A stretch of 64,000 nucleotides of DNA, from assembly GCA_016208015.1 (NCBI GenBank), contig JACQYW010000015.1, forward strand, positions 43,903 to 107,902. The letters are read 5' to 3'. How positions within the stretch are numbered: the stretch's first letter is position 1; every line of letters begins with the position of its first letter. The notes beneath the pieces are model-generated. The model did no database searches. It was not told where the DNA came from and saw nothing but the letters and a program-made list of their open reading frames with translations. Made by a program: the position numbers and the translations under genes. Source of the stretch: Nitrosomonadales bacterium (lineage in GTDB: Bacteria > Pseudomonadota > Gammaproteobacteria > Burkholderiales > Gallionellaceae). Positions 29,768-38,722 of this stretch are shown here, piece after piece.

Positions 29768-31848
29768 TGAGCATGTTGAATAAATTGATGCTGTCTGCGG
29801 CCGCCCTGGGCGCCAGCAGCGCAGCGTTCGCGGGCAACGGCGCGGTCGCCGACGAGTTCAAGTGGATGACCTTCACCGTTTTCGGCGTGATCATCGCCAT
29901 TACCATGGCGATCACTTTCTGGGCGGCACGCACCACGCACACGACTTCCGAGTTCTATGCGGCAGGCCGTTCGGTCAGCGGTATCCAGAACGGCTGGGCG
30001 ATCGCGGGCGACTATCTGTCCGCCGCGTCCTTCCTCGGTATCGCCGGTCTGATCTCCCTGTACGGCTACGACGGCTTCATGTATTCCGTGGGCTGGCTGG
30101 TGGCTTACATCACCGTGTTGCTGGTGATCGCCGAGCCTTGCCGCAACATCGGCAAGTACACCATGGGCGACATCCTGGCCTTCCGCAACGACCCCAAGAA
30201 GACCAAGACCGTGGCGGCGCTGTCCACCATCACCGTGTCCACCTTCTACCTGACCGCGCAAATGGTCGGCGGCGGCGTGCTGATCAAGACGCTGATCGGC
30301 ATCGACTACGAGATCTCCGTGATCGGCGTGGGTATCCTGATGCTGGCCTACGTGGTGTTCGGCGGCATGAAGGCGACCACCTGGGTGCAGATCACCAAGG
30401 CCGTGCTGCTGGTGACCGCTTCCATCATCCTCGTGATCATGGTGTGGGCACCGTACGGATTCAGCCTGCCGGGCTACCTGCAAGCCGTGGTCGGCGATGC
30501 GGATGTGCAGAAACAAGTCGCCAAGCTGTTGGGCGACAAGGCTGCAACCATGACACCGGAAGAGCTGGGTCAACGCTTCCTCGAACCAGGCCTGTTCCTG
30601 AAGAACCCGATCGACCAGATCTCGCTGGGTCTGGCACTGGTGCTGGGTACCGCCGGCATGCCGCACATCCTGATGCGCTTCTTCACCGTGCCGACGGCAC
30701 AGGCTGCGCGCACTTCCGTGATCTGGGCGATGGGTATCATCGGCGGCTTCTACGTGCTGACCCTGTTCCTGGGCACCGGTGCTGCGATGCTGGTCGGTCC
30801 GGACAAGATCGCTGCGGTGGACGCGGGCGGCAACATGGCCGGTCCGCTGCTGGCACAGTTCCTGGGCGGTGGCGAGAACTCCCTGCTGGGTAACTTCATG
30901 CTGGCCTTCGTTGCTGCAGTTGCTTTTGCAACTATCGTGGCAGTGGTGGCGGGTCTGGTGCTGGCAGCGGCTTCCGCAATGGCGCACGACATCTATGTCG
31001 GCGTGATCCGCGGCGACCATGCCACTCCGAAAGAACAAGTGGTTGCAGCGCGCGTGGCTTCCGTCATCGTCGGCGTGATCGCGATCACCGTCGGCATCCT
31101 GGCCAAGGGCCAGAACGTGGCTCACCTGGTGGCGCTGGCGTTCGCGGTGGCTGCTTCCTCCAACCTGCCGGCCGTATTCCTCACGCTGTACTGGAAGAAG
31201 TGCAATACCACCGGCATCATCCTCGGCATGATCGTGGGTACCGTGACCGCCATCGGTCTGGTGATGATCTCCCCCAACATGACCTATCCGAAGGCAGTCA
31301 TCGCCTCGGCTAACAAGGTGTTGAGCGGTGAGCCTGCTGTGCCCGCCAAGGAAGCCGCACCCGCTGTCGAGCGTTCCAGCTTCATGTGCGAACTGTTTGC
31401 CATGGAAGGCTGCGTACTGGCCAAACCGGCACAAGCCGCAGCGGCTGAAAAACCGGCCAAGCCGGGCGCTGCCGAGAAGCTGGCCGGTTTGAATGCCAGG
31501 CTGCCGACTCTGGAAACGGATCTCGCCAAGGCTGCCACTCCCGAGCTCAAGGCAACTGTCGAAGCCGACCTCGCCAAGGTGAAGAAAGATATCGCCGCGG
31601 TTGAGAAGGCCAAAGCAAAGGCCGAGGGCGACTTGGCCAAGTTCGAAGGCCAGACCACCAGCATCATGGGTCTGGAGAAGCCATTCTTCCTGTTGAAGAA
31701 CCCCGGCCTGATCTCCATCCCGCTGGGCTTCCTGCTGGTCATCTTCGGTTCGTTGTTCACCCGCGACAAGCGTGCGGAAGAGATGTGGGACGAACTCTAC
31801 GTGCGCCAGAACACCGGCATCAACGCAGAGGCCGCATCGGCTCACTAG
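29767..31848 (+). CDS. actP: Cation/acetate (monocarboxylate) symporter, ActP-like, with a large C-terminal loop insertion
   Basis: FYAAGRS, QNGWAIAGDYLSAASFLG, GTAGMPHILMRFFTVP, AASAMAHD, NPGLISIP. Confidence 0.88.
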   Translation: MSMLNKLMLSAAALGASSAAFAGNGAVADEFKWMTFTVFGVIIAITMAITFWAARTTHTTSEFYAAGRSVSGIQNGWAIAGDYLSAASFLGIAGLISLYGYDGFMYSVGWLVAYITVLLVIAEPCRNIGKYTMGDILAFRNDPKKTKTVAALSTITVSTFYLTAQMVGGGVLIKTLIGIDYEISVIGVGILMLAYVVFGGMKATTWVQITKAVLLVTASIILVIMVWAPYGFSLPGYLQAVVGDADVQKQVAKLLGDKAATMTPEELGQRFLEPGLFLKNPIDQISLGLALVLGTAGMPHILMRFFTVPTAQAARTSVIWAMGIIGGFYVLTLFLGTGAAMLVGPDKIAAVDAGGNMAGPLLAQFLGGGENSLLGNFMLAFVAAVAFATIVAVVAGLVLAAASAMAHDIYVGVIRGDHATPKEQVVAARVASVIVGVIAITVGILAKGQNVAHLVALAFAVAASSNLPAVFLTLYWKKCNTTGIILGMIVGTVTAIGLVMISPNMTYPKAVIASANKVLSGEPAVPAKEAAPAVERSSFMCELFAMEGCVLAKPAQAAAAEKPAKPGAAEKLAGLNARLPTLETDLAKAATPELKATVEADLAKVKKDIAAVEKAKAKAEGDLAKFEGQTTSIMGLEKPFFLLKNPGLISIPLGFLLVIFGSLFTRDKRAEEMWDELYVRQNTGINAEAASAH

Positions 31849-31871
31849 AACTACAAGCAGTTCATCCCTTC

Positions 31872-31901
31872 AGCCCCGCCCTGACCGGCGGGGCTTTTTT
31901 A
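31872..31901 (+). terminator. Rho-independent terminator after actP
   Basis: AGCCCCGCC-loop-GGCGGGGCT followed by a T-run. Confidence 0.85.
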
Positions 31902-32045
31902 TTTGTGCTTCGCCCATCGGAAGAGCAGGTGTTTTTCCCCCGCTCGCGAATCGCGATCGGGGAATATTGATTGACCTGCTTTTATGCGCAATGCCAGAAT
32001 GCCGCCCGTTGGCCAACTAAACGGAACTGGGCGAAAGGGAAGACG

Positions 32046-32717
32046 ATGAATATCAGGTCATGGGGATGGATGTTGATGGGTTGCGCGGTTGCTATGCCGG
32101 CTTTGGCTCAGGATGGTGACTACAACGTCGCGGCAACCAATTCGTATGCCCTGCTGAGTGCCGGTCGCTCCAGTACGCCGGCGGCTTGCGATAACAGATG
32201 GCTGGCTGACTCGACTTGCAGCTCCAAGGGCACGATCTATCGGCTCGGCTATGGATATAACCTGAACTCGCTTCTGGGTGTCGAGATCAGTTATGGTGAT
32301 TTTGCACATGCCAGAGAGGATGGGATCGATCCCACTCCGCCGGCGATAATTCCGGGTGGCGGACCCATACCTTACTATCGGACCTGGTCGGTGATCGGCT
32401 GGGAACTCGCAGCGGTCGCTACGGTGCACCTGGGGCAGCACCTGTCTTTGCATGGAAAGGCGGGATGGCTGCGTGCCAATATGGAAGAGGAGGTCTGGTA
32501 CTACGCGTTGAATGGCGAGTTGTGGCATGGCAACTATCATGAGACCAGGAACACCACTTCAGTCAGCGGCGGCATCCAGTACGATTTCAACCGTGACGTC
32601 GGTTTGCGCTTCCAGGTCAACCGCTATAACAAGCTGCCGGGTGCCTATCAGCTGGACGGCACCACTTACCGGTTCAAAACGACCTCGGCACTTGCCAGTC
32701 TGGTGTTGAAGTTTTAA
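32046..32717 (+). CDS. Small outer-membrane beta-barrel protein (OmpA-TM/porin-like)
   Basis: Signal peptide (ALA|Q), alternating beta strands (LGYGYNL, GGIQYDF), C-terminal Phe. Confidence 0.75.
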   Translation: MNIRSWGWMLMGCAVAMPALAQDGDYNVAATNSYALLSAGRSSTPAACDNRWLADSTCSSKGTIYRLGYGYNLNSLLGVEISYGDFAHAREDGIDPTPPAIIPGGGPIPYYRTWSVIGWELAAVATVHLGQHLSLHGKAGWLRANMEEEVWYYALNGELWHGNYHETRNTTSVSGGIQYDFNRDVGLRFQVNRYNKLPGAYQLDGTTYRFKTTSALASLVLKF

Positions 32718-32735
32718 ACAGACGACCTGTCTCAC

Positions 32736-34199
32736 TCAAGCCCCGCCGTAAAACGCGGGGCTTTTTCTTGGGTCGTCGGCTATCGTTGGCGCAGGCGGCG
32801 GACGGCGCGGGAAGCGGATGCTGATCACCGTGCCTTTGCCGCCGCTGCCCGCATCCAGTCTGAGCGTGGCGTGGTGGCGCTTGGAGACTTCGGCGACGAT
32901 AGCGAGGCCGAGCCCGCTTCCGCTCTGTCCGGTTCCCAGCACACGGTAGAAACGCTCGAACACGCGCTCGCGGTGTTGCGGGTCGATGCCGGGGCCGTTG
33001 TCTTCCACGCTCAATACGCTGCCCTGTGCCGTCGCATTGACGCTGACGGTGATGTGTCCACTTGCGGGCGTGTAGCGGATCGCGTTGTCGATCAGGTTGT
33101 TGAGCATCTCGATCAGGCTGCTCGCATCGCCCATCGCTTCTGCGGCTGCGGGCGCGCCATCGAAGCCGAGGTCGATATTCTTTTCCAGCGCTGCCGAAAT
33201 CCAACCAGCGGTGCATTCCTGCGCCAACTGGTTGAGATTGATCGCGACGAAATTCTCGCTACCCTGGCCGCCCGGCTCGTTGCGCGCCAGCGCCATCAGC
33301 TGGTTGACCAGGCGGATGCCGTGCTGGGTACTGGTGAGGATATGCTCCAGCGCCTGCTGTTTCTGTTCCGGGTCGGTCGTGCGCAAGGCCAGTTCGGACT
33401 GGGTCTTCAGGCCCGCGATAGGTGTGCGTAACTGGTGCGCGGCGTCGGCGACGAAACGTTTTTGCGCCTGCATCGCCTGTTGCAGGCGTTCGAGCAGGTT
33501 GTTCACCGCATCGATCAGCGGGCGCACTTCTTCCGGTGCCAGACTGCCATCGAGTTGGCTCAGGTCGTCGCGACTGCGGTTCTTCACTTCGCGCCGCAGC
33601 CGTTCCAGCGGGGCCAGACCCTGCTTCAGCGCGTACCACACGGCGGCTACCGCGATGAGGATCAGCAGCAATTGCGGAATGACGATGTTGGCGAGGATGC
33701 CGCGTATCAGCGCCTGCCGTTGCTGGATGGTCTCAGACATATGCAACTGGTACAGCTTCTTGCTGTCGGGGTTGTAGAACACCATGCTCACGTTGCGTGT
33801 CTTTGCACCGTCGCGTTCGCCATTGCTGAACAGCGGATTGATCTTGCCGCCGCGGTACGCCAGCGGCCGACCGAGATTGGCGTTTCCGGCGAGCTTCTTT
33901 CCCTCGCGGTCGCTGACGGTATAGAACACCTTGTCCGGCGAGGTGGGCGAGGAGCCATCGGGCAGTTTCAGGTCGATCTCCAGGCGTTCCCGGCCACCGC
34001 CCAAGCGAAGCTGTTCCGCCACCGCCTGCGCGCGCTGCAGCAGCACCTGGTCGTACGGCTTGTTGGCGTAGTTCAGGGTGGCGACATAACCGGCGATGGT
34101 GCTGAACAGCCACAAAACGAACAGCGGCGTCAGCAGCCAGTTGATGAGGTGGATGCGTAGCGAGAGGACATCGGCACCCGATTCGGCGGGACTAGCCAT
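32736..34199 (-). CDS. Sensor histidine kinase, TctE/QseC-like
   Basis: TM-periplasmic-TM, HAMP, DAAHQLRTP, NLIDNAIRY, DNGPGI, GSGLGL. Confidence 0.9.
   Translation of the reverse strand: MASPAESGADVLSLRIHLINWLLTPLFVLWLFSTIAGYVATLNYANKPYDQVLLQRAQAVAEQLRLGGGRERLEIDLKLPDGSSPTSPDKVFYTVSDREGKKLAGNANLGRPLAYRGGKINPLFSNGERDGAKTRNVSMVFYNPDSKKLYQLHMSETIQQRQALIRGILANIVIPQLLLILIAVAAVWYALKQGLAPLERLRREVKNRSRDDLSQLDGSLAPEEVRPLIDAVNNLLERLQQAMQAQKRFVADAAHQLRTPIAGLKTQSELALRTTDPEQKQQALEHILTSTQHGIRLVNQLMALARNEPGGQGSENFVAINLNQLAQECTAGWISAALEKNIDLGFDGAPAAAEAMGDASSLIEMLNNLIDNAIRYTPASGHITVSVNATAQGSVLSVEDNGPGIDPQHRERVFERFYRVLGTGQSGSGLGLAIVAEVSKRHHATLRLDAGSGGKGTVISIRFPRRPPPAPTIADDPRKSPAFYGGA
32738..32767 (+). terminator. 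Terminator for the barrel gene, overlapping the 3' end of the convergent kinase gene
   Basis: AAGCCCCGC...GCGGGGCTT + TTT. Confidence 0.75.
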
Positions 34200-34875
34200 G
34201 TGTTTCGGAGGCCTTGTCGATGATGTAGCCCAGACCGCGGATGGTGCGTATGGTCACGCCCGCGGGTTCGATCTTTTTGCGCAGGCGGTGGATGTAGACC
34301 TCGATGGCGTTGCTGCTGGCTTCTTCCGAATAGCTGTACAGGCGCTCCAGCAGCTGCTCCTTGCTGATGACCCAGCCGATGCGCGACATCAGCGCTTCCA
34401 GCACACTGAGTTCGCGCGTGGTGAGGTCCAGCGTCTCTCCGTTGATCGTGGCGCGCCGCCCGACGCTGTCATAGCTCAATGCACCGCAGACATACGCCGG
34501 GTTCACGCCGCATTGGCCGCGCCGGATCAACGCGCGCACGCGCGCTTCCAGTTCCGGCAGGCTGAACGGCTTGATCATGTAATCGTCCGCGCCCAGATCG
34601 AGTCCCTTGACGCGCTCTTCTTCCGCATCGCGCGCGGTGAGGATGATCACGGGAACTTGTTTGTTCTTTTCGCGCAAACTCTTTAACACATTGAAACCAT
34701 CGATTTTTGGCAAGCCCAGATCGAGAATCACCAGATCGAACGGCTGTTCGCCGCTTAGGATGGTGGTGGCCGCCTGCCCGTCCTTGACGCAATCGACGGC
34801 ATAGCCGGATTGGCGCATGGAACGGCACAGACCGTCGGAAAGGACTTCATCATCTTCGGCGATCAGGATGCGCAT
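34192..34875 (-). CDS. OmpR-family response regulator, TctD/QseB-like
   Basis: MRILIAEDD, DLGLP, GADDYMIKPF, NAIEVYIHRLRKK. Confidence 0.92.
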   Translation of the reverse strand: MRILIAEDDEVLSDGLCRSMRQSGYAVDCVKDGQAATTILSGEQPFDLVILDLGLPKIDGFNVLKSLREKNKQVPVIILTARDAEEERVKGLDLGADDYMIKPFSLPELEARVRALIRRGQCGVNPAYVCGALSYDSVGRRATINGETLDLTTRELSVLEALMSRIGWVISKEQLLERLYSYSEEASSNAIEVYIHRLRKKIEPAGVTIRTIRGLGYIIDKASETHG

Positions 34876-34877
34876 GG

Positions 34878-34897
34878 GTCTGTAAGTTGTCTGTAAG
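34878..34897. promoter_or_regulatory. Direct-repeat box for the adjacent response regulator
   Basis: GTCTGTAAG at 34878 and 34889 (perfect 9-mers, 11-bp period), in the divergent intergenic region. Confidence 0.65.
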
Positions 34898-35095
34898 GCT
34901 GGAGCATTATGGTTCGTAAATGGGACGGATGGGTAGGGGATATCACACCCGTCTCACGTAGGGCTATTCTAAGTGGAGGACGGAAATTGTCCAAGCCACA
35001 GACCTGCTGGATCGGGGAGGCGTTTGTATCAGCATCGCTTGATGAATCGCCCGTCTTGCATTTAAAAATGATTGACCTTTTTTATCGGGGGAAAC

Positions 35096-35359
35096 ATGCA
35101 ACTTACTGAAAAACACAAGGAGTATTGGCAGAAGAATCTCCGCGTGACGGGAATATTGCTGGCGTTGTGGTTCATCGTCACTTTCGTCATCGGCTACTTC
35201 GCCAGAGACCTGCAATCCATCACCATCCTCGGCTTCCCATTCCCGTTCTACATGGGCGCACAGGGTTCGCTGGCGATCTATGTGGCAATCATCTGGTATT
35301 ACGCCCATTACATGAACAAGCTCGACAAAGAATATGGCGTACATGAAGGAGACGACTAA
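35096..35359 (+). CDS. DUF4212 small membrane subunit of a solute symporter
   Basis: YWQKNLR, GFPFPFYMGAQGS, MNKLDKEYGV. TAATG coupling. Confidence 0.88.
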   Translation: MQLTEKHKEYWQKNLRVTGILLALWFIVTFVIGYFARDLQSITILGFPFPFYMGAQGSLAIYVAIIWYYAHYMNKLDKEYGVHEGDD

Positions 35360-37446
35360 TGGCTACGCAATCCCAATCGCAATTCTTCGCATCGCTTAAG
35401 CGTTACTACTCCTTCTATACCGGAGGATTCGTCGCTTTCGTGATCATCGTCGCCATACTTGAACAGATGGGCGTGCCGAACAAGGTGCTCGGCTACATCT
35501 TCCTGGCTGCGACTGTATTGTTGTACGCAGGTATCGGCGTGATGTCCCGCACCGCGGACGTGTCGGAATACTACGTGGCCGGACGCCGCGTACCGGCGCT
35601 GTTCAACGGCATGGCGACCGGCGCGGACTGGATGTCGGCTGCGTCCTTCATCGGTATGGCCGGTACCTTGTACCTGTCCGGCTATGACGGCCTCGCCTTC
35701 GTGCTGGGCTGGACCGGCGGCTACTGCCTGGTGGCGCTGCTGCTGGCACCGTACCTGCGCAAGTTCGGCCAGTTCACCATCCCCGACTTCCTCGGCGCGC
35801 GTTACGGCGGCAACATTCCCCGTTCCATCGGCGTGTTCGCGGCGATCCTGTGCTCCTTCACCTATGTGATCGCGCAGATCTACGGCGTGGGCCTGATCAC
35901 CAGCCGTTTCACCGGTCTGGAGTTCGGCGTCGGTGTGTTCGCCGGTCTGGGCGGCATCCTGGTGTGCTCTTTCCTCGGCGGTATGCGTGCGGTTACGTGG
36001 ACCCAGGTTGCGCAGTACATCATCCTGATCGTGGCGTACATGATTCCGGTGGTGTGGCTGTCGGTTAAACATACCGGCAACCCGGTTCCGCAGATCGCTT
36101 ACGGTTATGTGCTGGAGAAGGTTACTGCGCGCGAAGTCGTGCTGAACGACCCGACCACGCCGGACGGCGCGAAGGAAGCCGAAGTGCGCGCGATCTTCAA
36201 GACTCGTCAGGAAGCCACTGAAGCCAAGCTGAAGGCTCTCGAAGCCGGTGGCGCGACCTATCTGGCAGAAGAGAAGGCCAAGCTGGAAACAGCCGCAGCC
36301 ACTCTGAAGGCGACCAAGGATGCCGATCCGGCAGCCGTGGCTGCAGCCGACAAGGCAGTGACCGACTTCCCGGCAGATGCAGCAGCAGCGAAAGCGGCAT
36401 GGACGAAAGCCGCCGCCGGTGCGAAGGCCAAAACTGCTCCGATCGCCTCGCATGCCGAGCCGTTCGCCGGCAAGGATCAAGCGGCTATCGACAAGAAGCG
36501 CAAGAACTTCTTGGCACTGGTACTGTGCCTGATGGTGGGTACGGCCGCGTTGCCGCACATCCTGATGCGTTACTACACGACCCCGTCGGTGAAGGAAGCG
36601 CGCAAGTCGGTGTTCTGGTCGCTGTTTTTCATCTTCCTGCTCTACTTCACCGCGCCTGCACTGGCAGTATTGGCCAAGTTCGACGTTTACACCTTGCTGG
36701 TCGGCTCTAGCTTCTCCGAGTTGCCAAGCTGGGTAGCATCGTGGGCCGCTGTGGACAAGACGCTGATGAGTGTTACCGACATCAACAAGGACGGTATCGT
36801 GCAACTGGCCGAAATCACCATCGGCGGTGACCTGATCGTGCTGGCGACGCCGGAAATCGCGGGTCTGCCCTATGTGATCACCGGTCTGGTGGCTGCGGGC
36901 GGTCTGGCTGCCGCGTTGTCTACTGCCGACGGTCTGCTGTTGACCATCGCCAACGCGCTGTCGCACGACGTGTACTACAAGATGATCGATCCGCATGCGC
37001 CGACGACCCGTCGTCTGGCCATCTCCAAGGGTCTGTTGCTGGTGGTCGCCGTGTTCGCCGCCTACGTGACTTCGCTGAAGCCGGGTGACATCCTGTTCCT
37101 GGTCGGTGCGGCGTTCTCGCTGGCTGCTTCCGCGTTCTTCCCGGCCCTGGCGCTGGGCGTGTTCTGGAAGCGTGCGAACAAGTGGGGTGCGATCCTCGGT
37201 ATGTCGGCCGGTCTGGGTACCTGCATGTACTACATGTACATGACCTATCCGTTCTTCGGCGTCAACGCACCGCTGTGGTGGGACATCAACCCGATCTCTG
37301 CCGGTATCTTCGGCATGCCCGCCGGTGTCATCGGCGTGATCGTCGGCAGCCTGTTGACCACAGCGCCGAACAAGGAGATCCAGGACCTGGTCGACCACGT
37401 TCGTTACCCGAACCTGGAAGGCGATATCGACACCAAAGCTGCATAA
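35359..37446 (+). CDS. Sodium:solute symporter (VC_2705-like subfamily)
   Basis: YYVAGRRVP, GMATGADWMSAASF, GTAALPHILMRYYT, LSTADGLL. Confidence 0.9.
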   Translation: MATQSQSQFFASLKRYYSFYTGGFVAFVIIVAILEQMGVPNKVLGYIFLAATVLLYAGIGVMSRTADVSEYYVAGRRVPALFNGMATGADWMSAASFIGMAGTLYLSGYDGLAFVLGWTGGYCLVALLLAPYLRKFGQFTIPDFLGARYGGNIPRSIGVFAAILCSFTYVIAQIYGVGLITSRFTGLEFGVGVFAGLGGILVCSFLGGMRAVTWTQVAQYIILIVAYMIPVVWLSVKHTGNPVPQIAYGYVLEKVTAREVVLNDPTTPDGAKEAEVRAIFKTRQEATEAKLKALEAGGATYLAEEKAKLETAAATLKATKDADPAAVAAADKAVTDFPADAAAAKAAWTKAAAGAKAKTAPIASHAEPFAGKDQAAIDKKRKNFLALVLCLMVGTAALPHILMRYYTTPSVKEARKSVFWSLFFIFLLYFTAPALAVLAKFDVYTLLVGSSFSELPSWVASWAAVDKTLMSVTDINKDGIVQLAEITIGGDLIVLATPEIAGLPYVITGLVAAGGLAAALSTADGLLLTIANALSHDVYYKMIDPHAPTTRRLAISKGLLLVVAVFAAYVTSLKPGDILFLVGAAFSLAASAFFPALALGVFWKRANKWGAILGMSAGLGTCMYYMYMTYPFFGVNAPLWWDINPISAGIFGMPAGVIGVIVGSLLTTAPNKEIQDLVDHVRYPNLEGDIDTKAA

Positions 37447-37468
37447 GCTGAAGTCGTCGTAGTAAGTC

Positions 37469-37502
37469 AAAGAGGCCTGCGCAAGCAGGCCTCTTTATTT
37501 TT
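37469..37502 (+). terminator. Rho-independent terminator
   Basis: AAAGAGGCCTGC-GCAA-GCAGGCCTCTTT + T-run. Confidence 0.88.
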
Positions 37503-37523
37503 GCGGGAGGAAATTGGAAAGGC

Positions 37524-37680
37524 AATTTAGCCACGGATGGACACGGATTTACACGGATAAATACAAACCCAACGATATGCAGGGTGTTATCCGTGTTTCA
37601 TCCGCACCCGCAAGGGGTAGGCCGTGGTTGTACAGCCGCTGAAGCGGCAACAACCACGCACTGTGCATCCGTGGCTAATT
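37524..37680. repeat. Composite palindromic REP-like element
   Basis: 13-bp IR TTAGCCACGGATG (37527) / CATCCGTGGCTAA (37666); three (A/C)CACGGAT units at 10-bp period; nested internal hairpin. Confidence 0.7.
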
Positions 37681-37686
37681 AGGTTT

Positions 37687-38277
37687 TCAAACTGCCAGAT
37701 CGGCCACCATATAAGCCAGATCGGAACGCCCGGTATCCTGGATCAGGTGACGGGTCATGATGGGGTCGAAGCGGTGCAGGTACTTGATCACTTCGGTGAC
37801 GCGCTCCGGGTCGTTCAGGTGATGGTGGGCCATGCCCAGCGCATACCAGGCGTGCGGGTTCATCGGTTGCAGGTTCGCCGCTTCGTGCAGCGCCTTCGCG
37901 GCCTCGGCATGCTGGCCGAGTTTGGCATGGCAGATGCCCAGGCCGTACCAGGCGCGGTCGAATTGCGGATTCAAGCGCGTGGCCGATTGAAACGCGGTGA
38001 TCGCTTCCGCCAGTTCGCCCTGCTTGTCGCAGGCGTAACCCAGATTGAAGAGTATCTCGGCATTGTCCGGTTCGCTGTTCAGCACCTCGCGGAAATGCGT
38101 CGCGGCCTGGCCGAAGTCGTTGCGCTTGGCGTGGATGAAGGCCATGGCGAGGGTGGCGCGGGTGTACTCGGGTGCTGCCGCCAGCGTCAGCCGGTATTCG
38201 TCCAGCGCCGCATCTTCCTTGTTCATGAATTGGTAGAAGCGCGCGCGCAGCAGGTGTTGCCATTTTTCGTAGTTCAT
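37687..38277 (-). CDS. Tetratricopeptide-repeat protein
   Basis: Repeated TPR patterns (LFNLGYA, AWYGLGIC, AWYALGMA). Start trimmed to MNYEKW. Confidence 0.85.
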   Translation of the reverse strand: MNYEKWQHLLRARFYQFMNKEDAALDEYRLTLAAAPEYTRATLAMAFIHAKRNDFGQAATHFREVLNSEPDNAEILFNLGYACDKQGELAEAITAFQSATRLNPQFDRAWYGLGICHAKLGQHAEAAKALHEAANLQPMNPHAWYALGMAHHHLNDPERVTEVIKYLHRFDPIMTRHLIQDTGRSDLAYMVADLAV

Positions 38278-38391
38278 TGCAGTGACCCGTTGATGAAAGC
38301 AGGTGTCATTCTGCGCATTGCACACCGTGGCCGCAAGCATAATCGCCGCGAGGTGATAAAATCCGGGCTTGTTCAATCCAATCACAAAATC

Positions 38392-38703
38392 ATGTCATCT
38401 CCCGAACTGTTCGTCGTCAGCGTGCTGAAAGCGCTGGTCGAGGTCGCCGCTCTGGCATTGCTCGCCCAGGGTTTGATCGGTGTGCTGTCCGGCAAGGCGA
38501 AAGACAACAATTTCGTCTACCGGCTGTTCCAGGTCGTCACCGGCCCCATCTACAAGGGCGTGCGCAAGATCACGCCGAAGTTCATCGCCGAACAGCATAT
38601 CGGCCTGGTCAGTTTCTTCGTGCTGTTCTGGATCTGGATCGCGCTGATCTACGCCAAGGGCTATGTCTGCCACGCGCAGAATCTGGCCTGCGTCCCGAGC
38701 TGA
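38392..38703 (+). CDS. Small membrane protein, YggT-like
   Basis: 103 aa; [16 protein letters not shown] resembles the YggT NP-x-x-F...TxP motif; two TM segments. Confidence 0.6.
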   Translation: MSSPELFVVSVLKALVEVAALALLAQGLIGVLSGKAKDNNFVYRLFQVVTGPIYKGVRKITPKFIAEQHIGLVSFFVLFWIWIALIYAKGYVCHAQNLACVPS

Positions 38704-38722
38704 ACATCGCCGCCGGGCGGAC

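Noticed and set aside
31920-32045. Possible riboswitch upstream of the OM barrel gene
   Set aside because: Some pairing potential but no recognisable aptamer consensus.
29689-37470. Long antisense ORFs (718 aa, 704 aa) opposite the two symporters
   Set aside because: Same codon-bias shadow effect; no start signals or domains.
37531-37560. Tandem CACGGAT repeats as a possible CRISPR
   Set aside because: 10-bp period with no spacers and no cas genes; part of a palindromic element.
37624-38703. 359-aa ORF spanning the TPR gene
   Set aside because: Only the last 103 codons (from ATG 38392) look like a real protein; the rest is antisense to the TPR gene.
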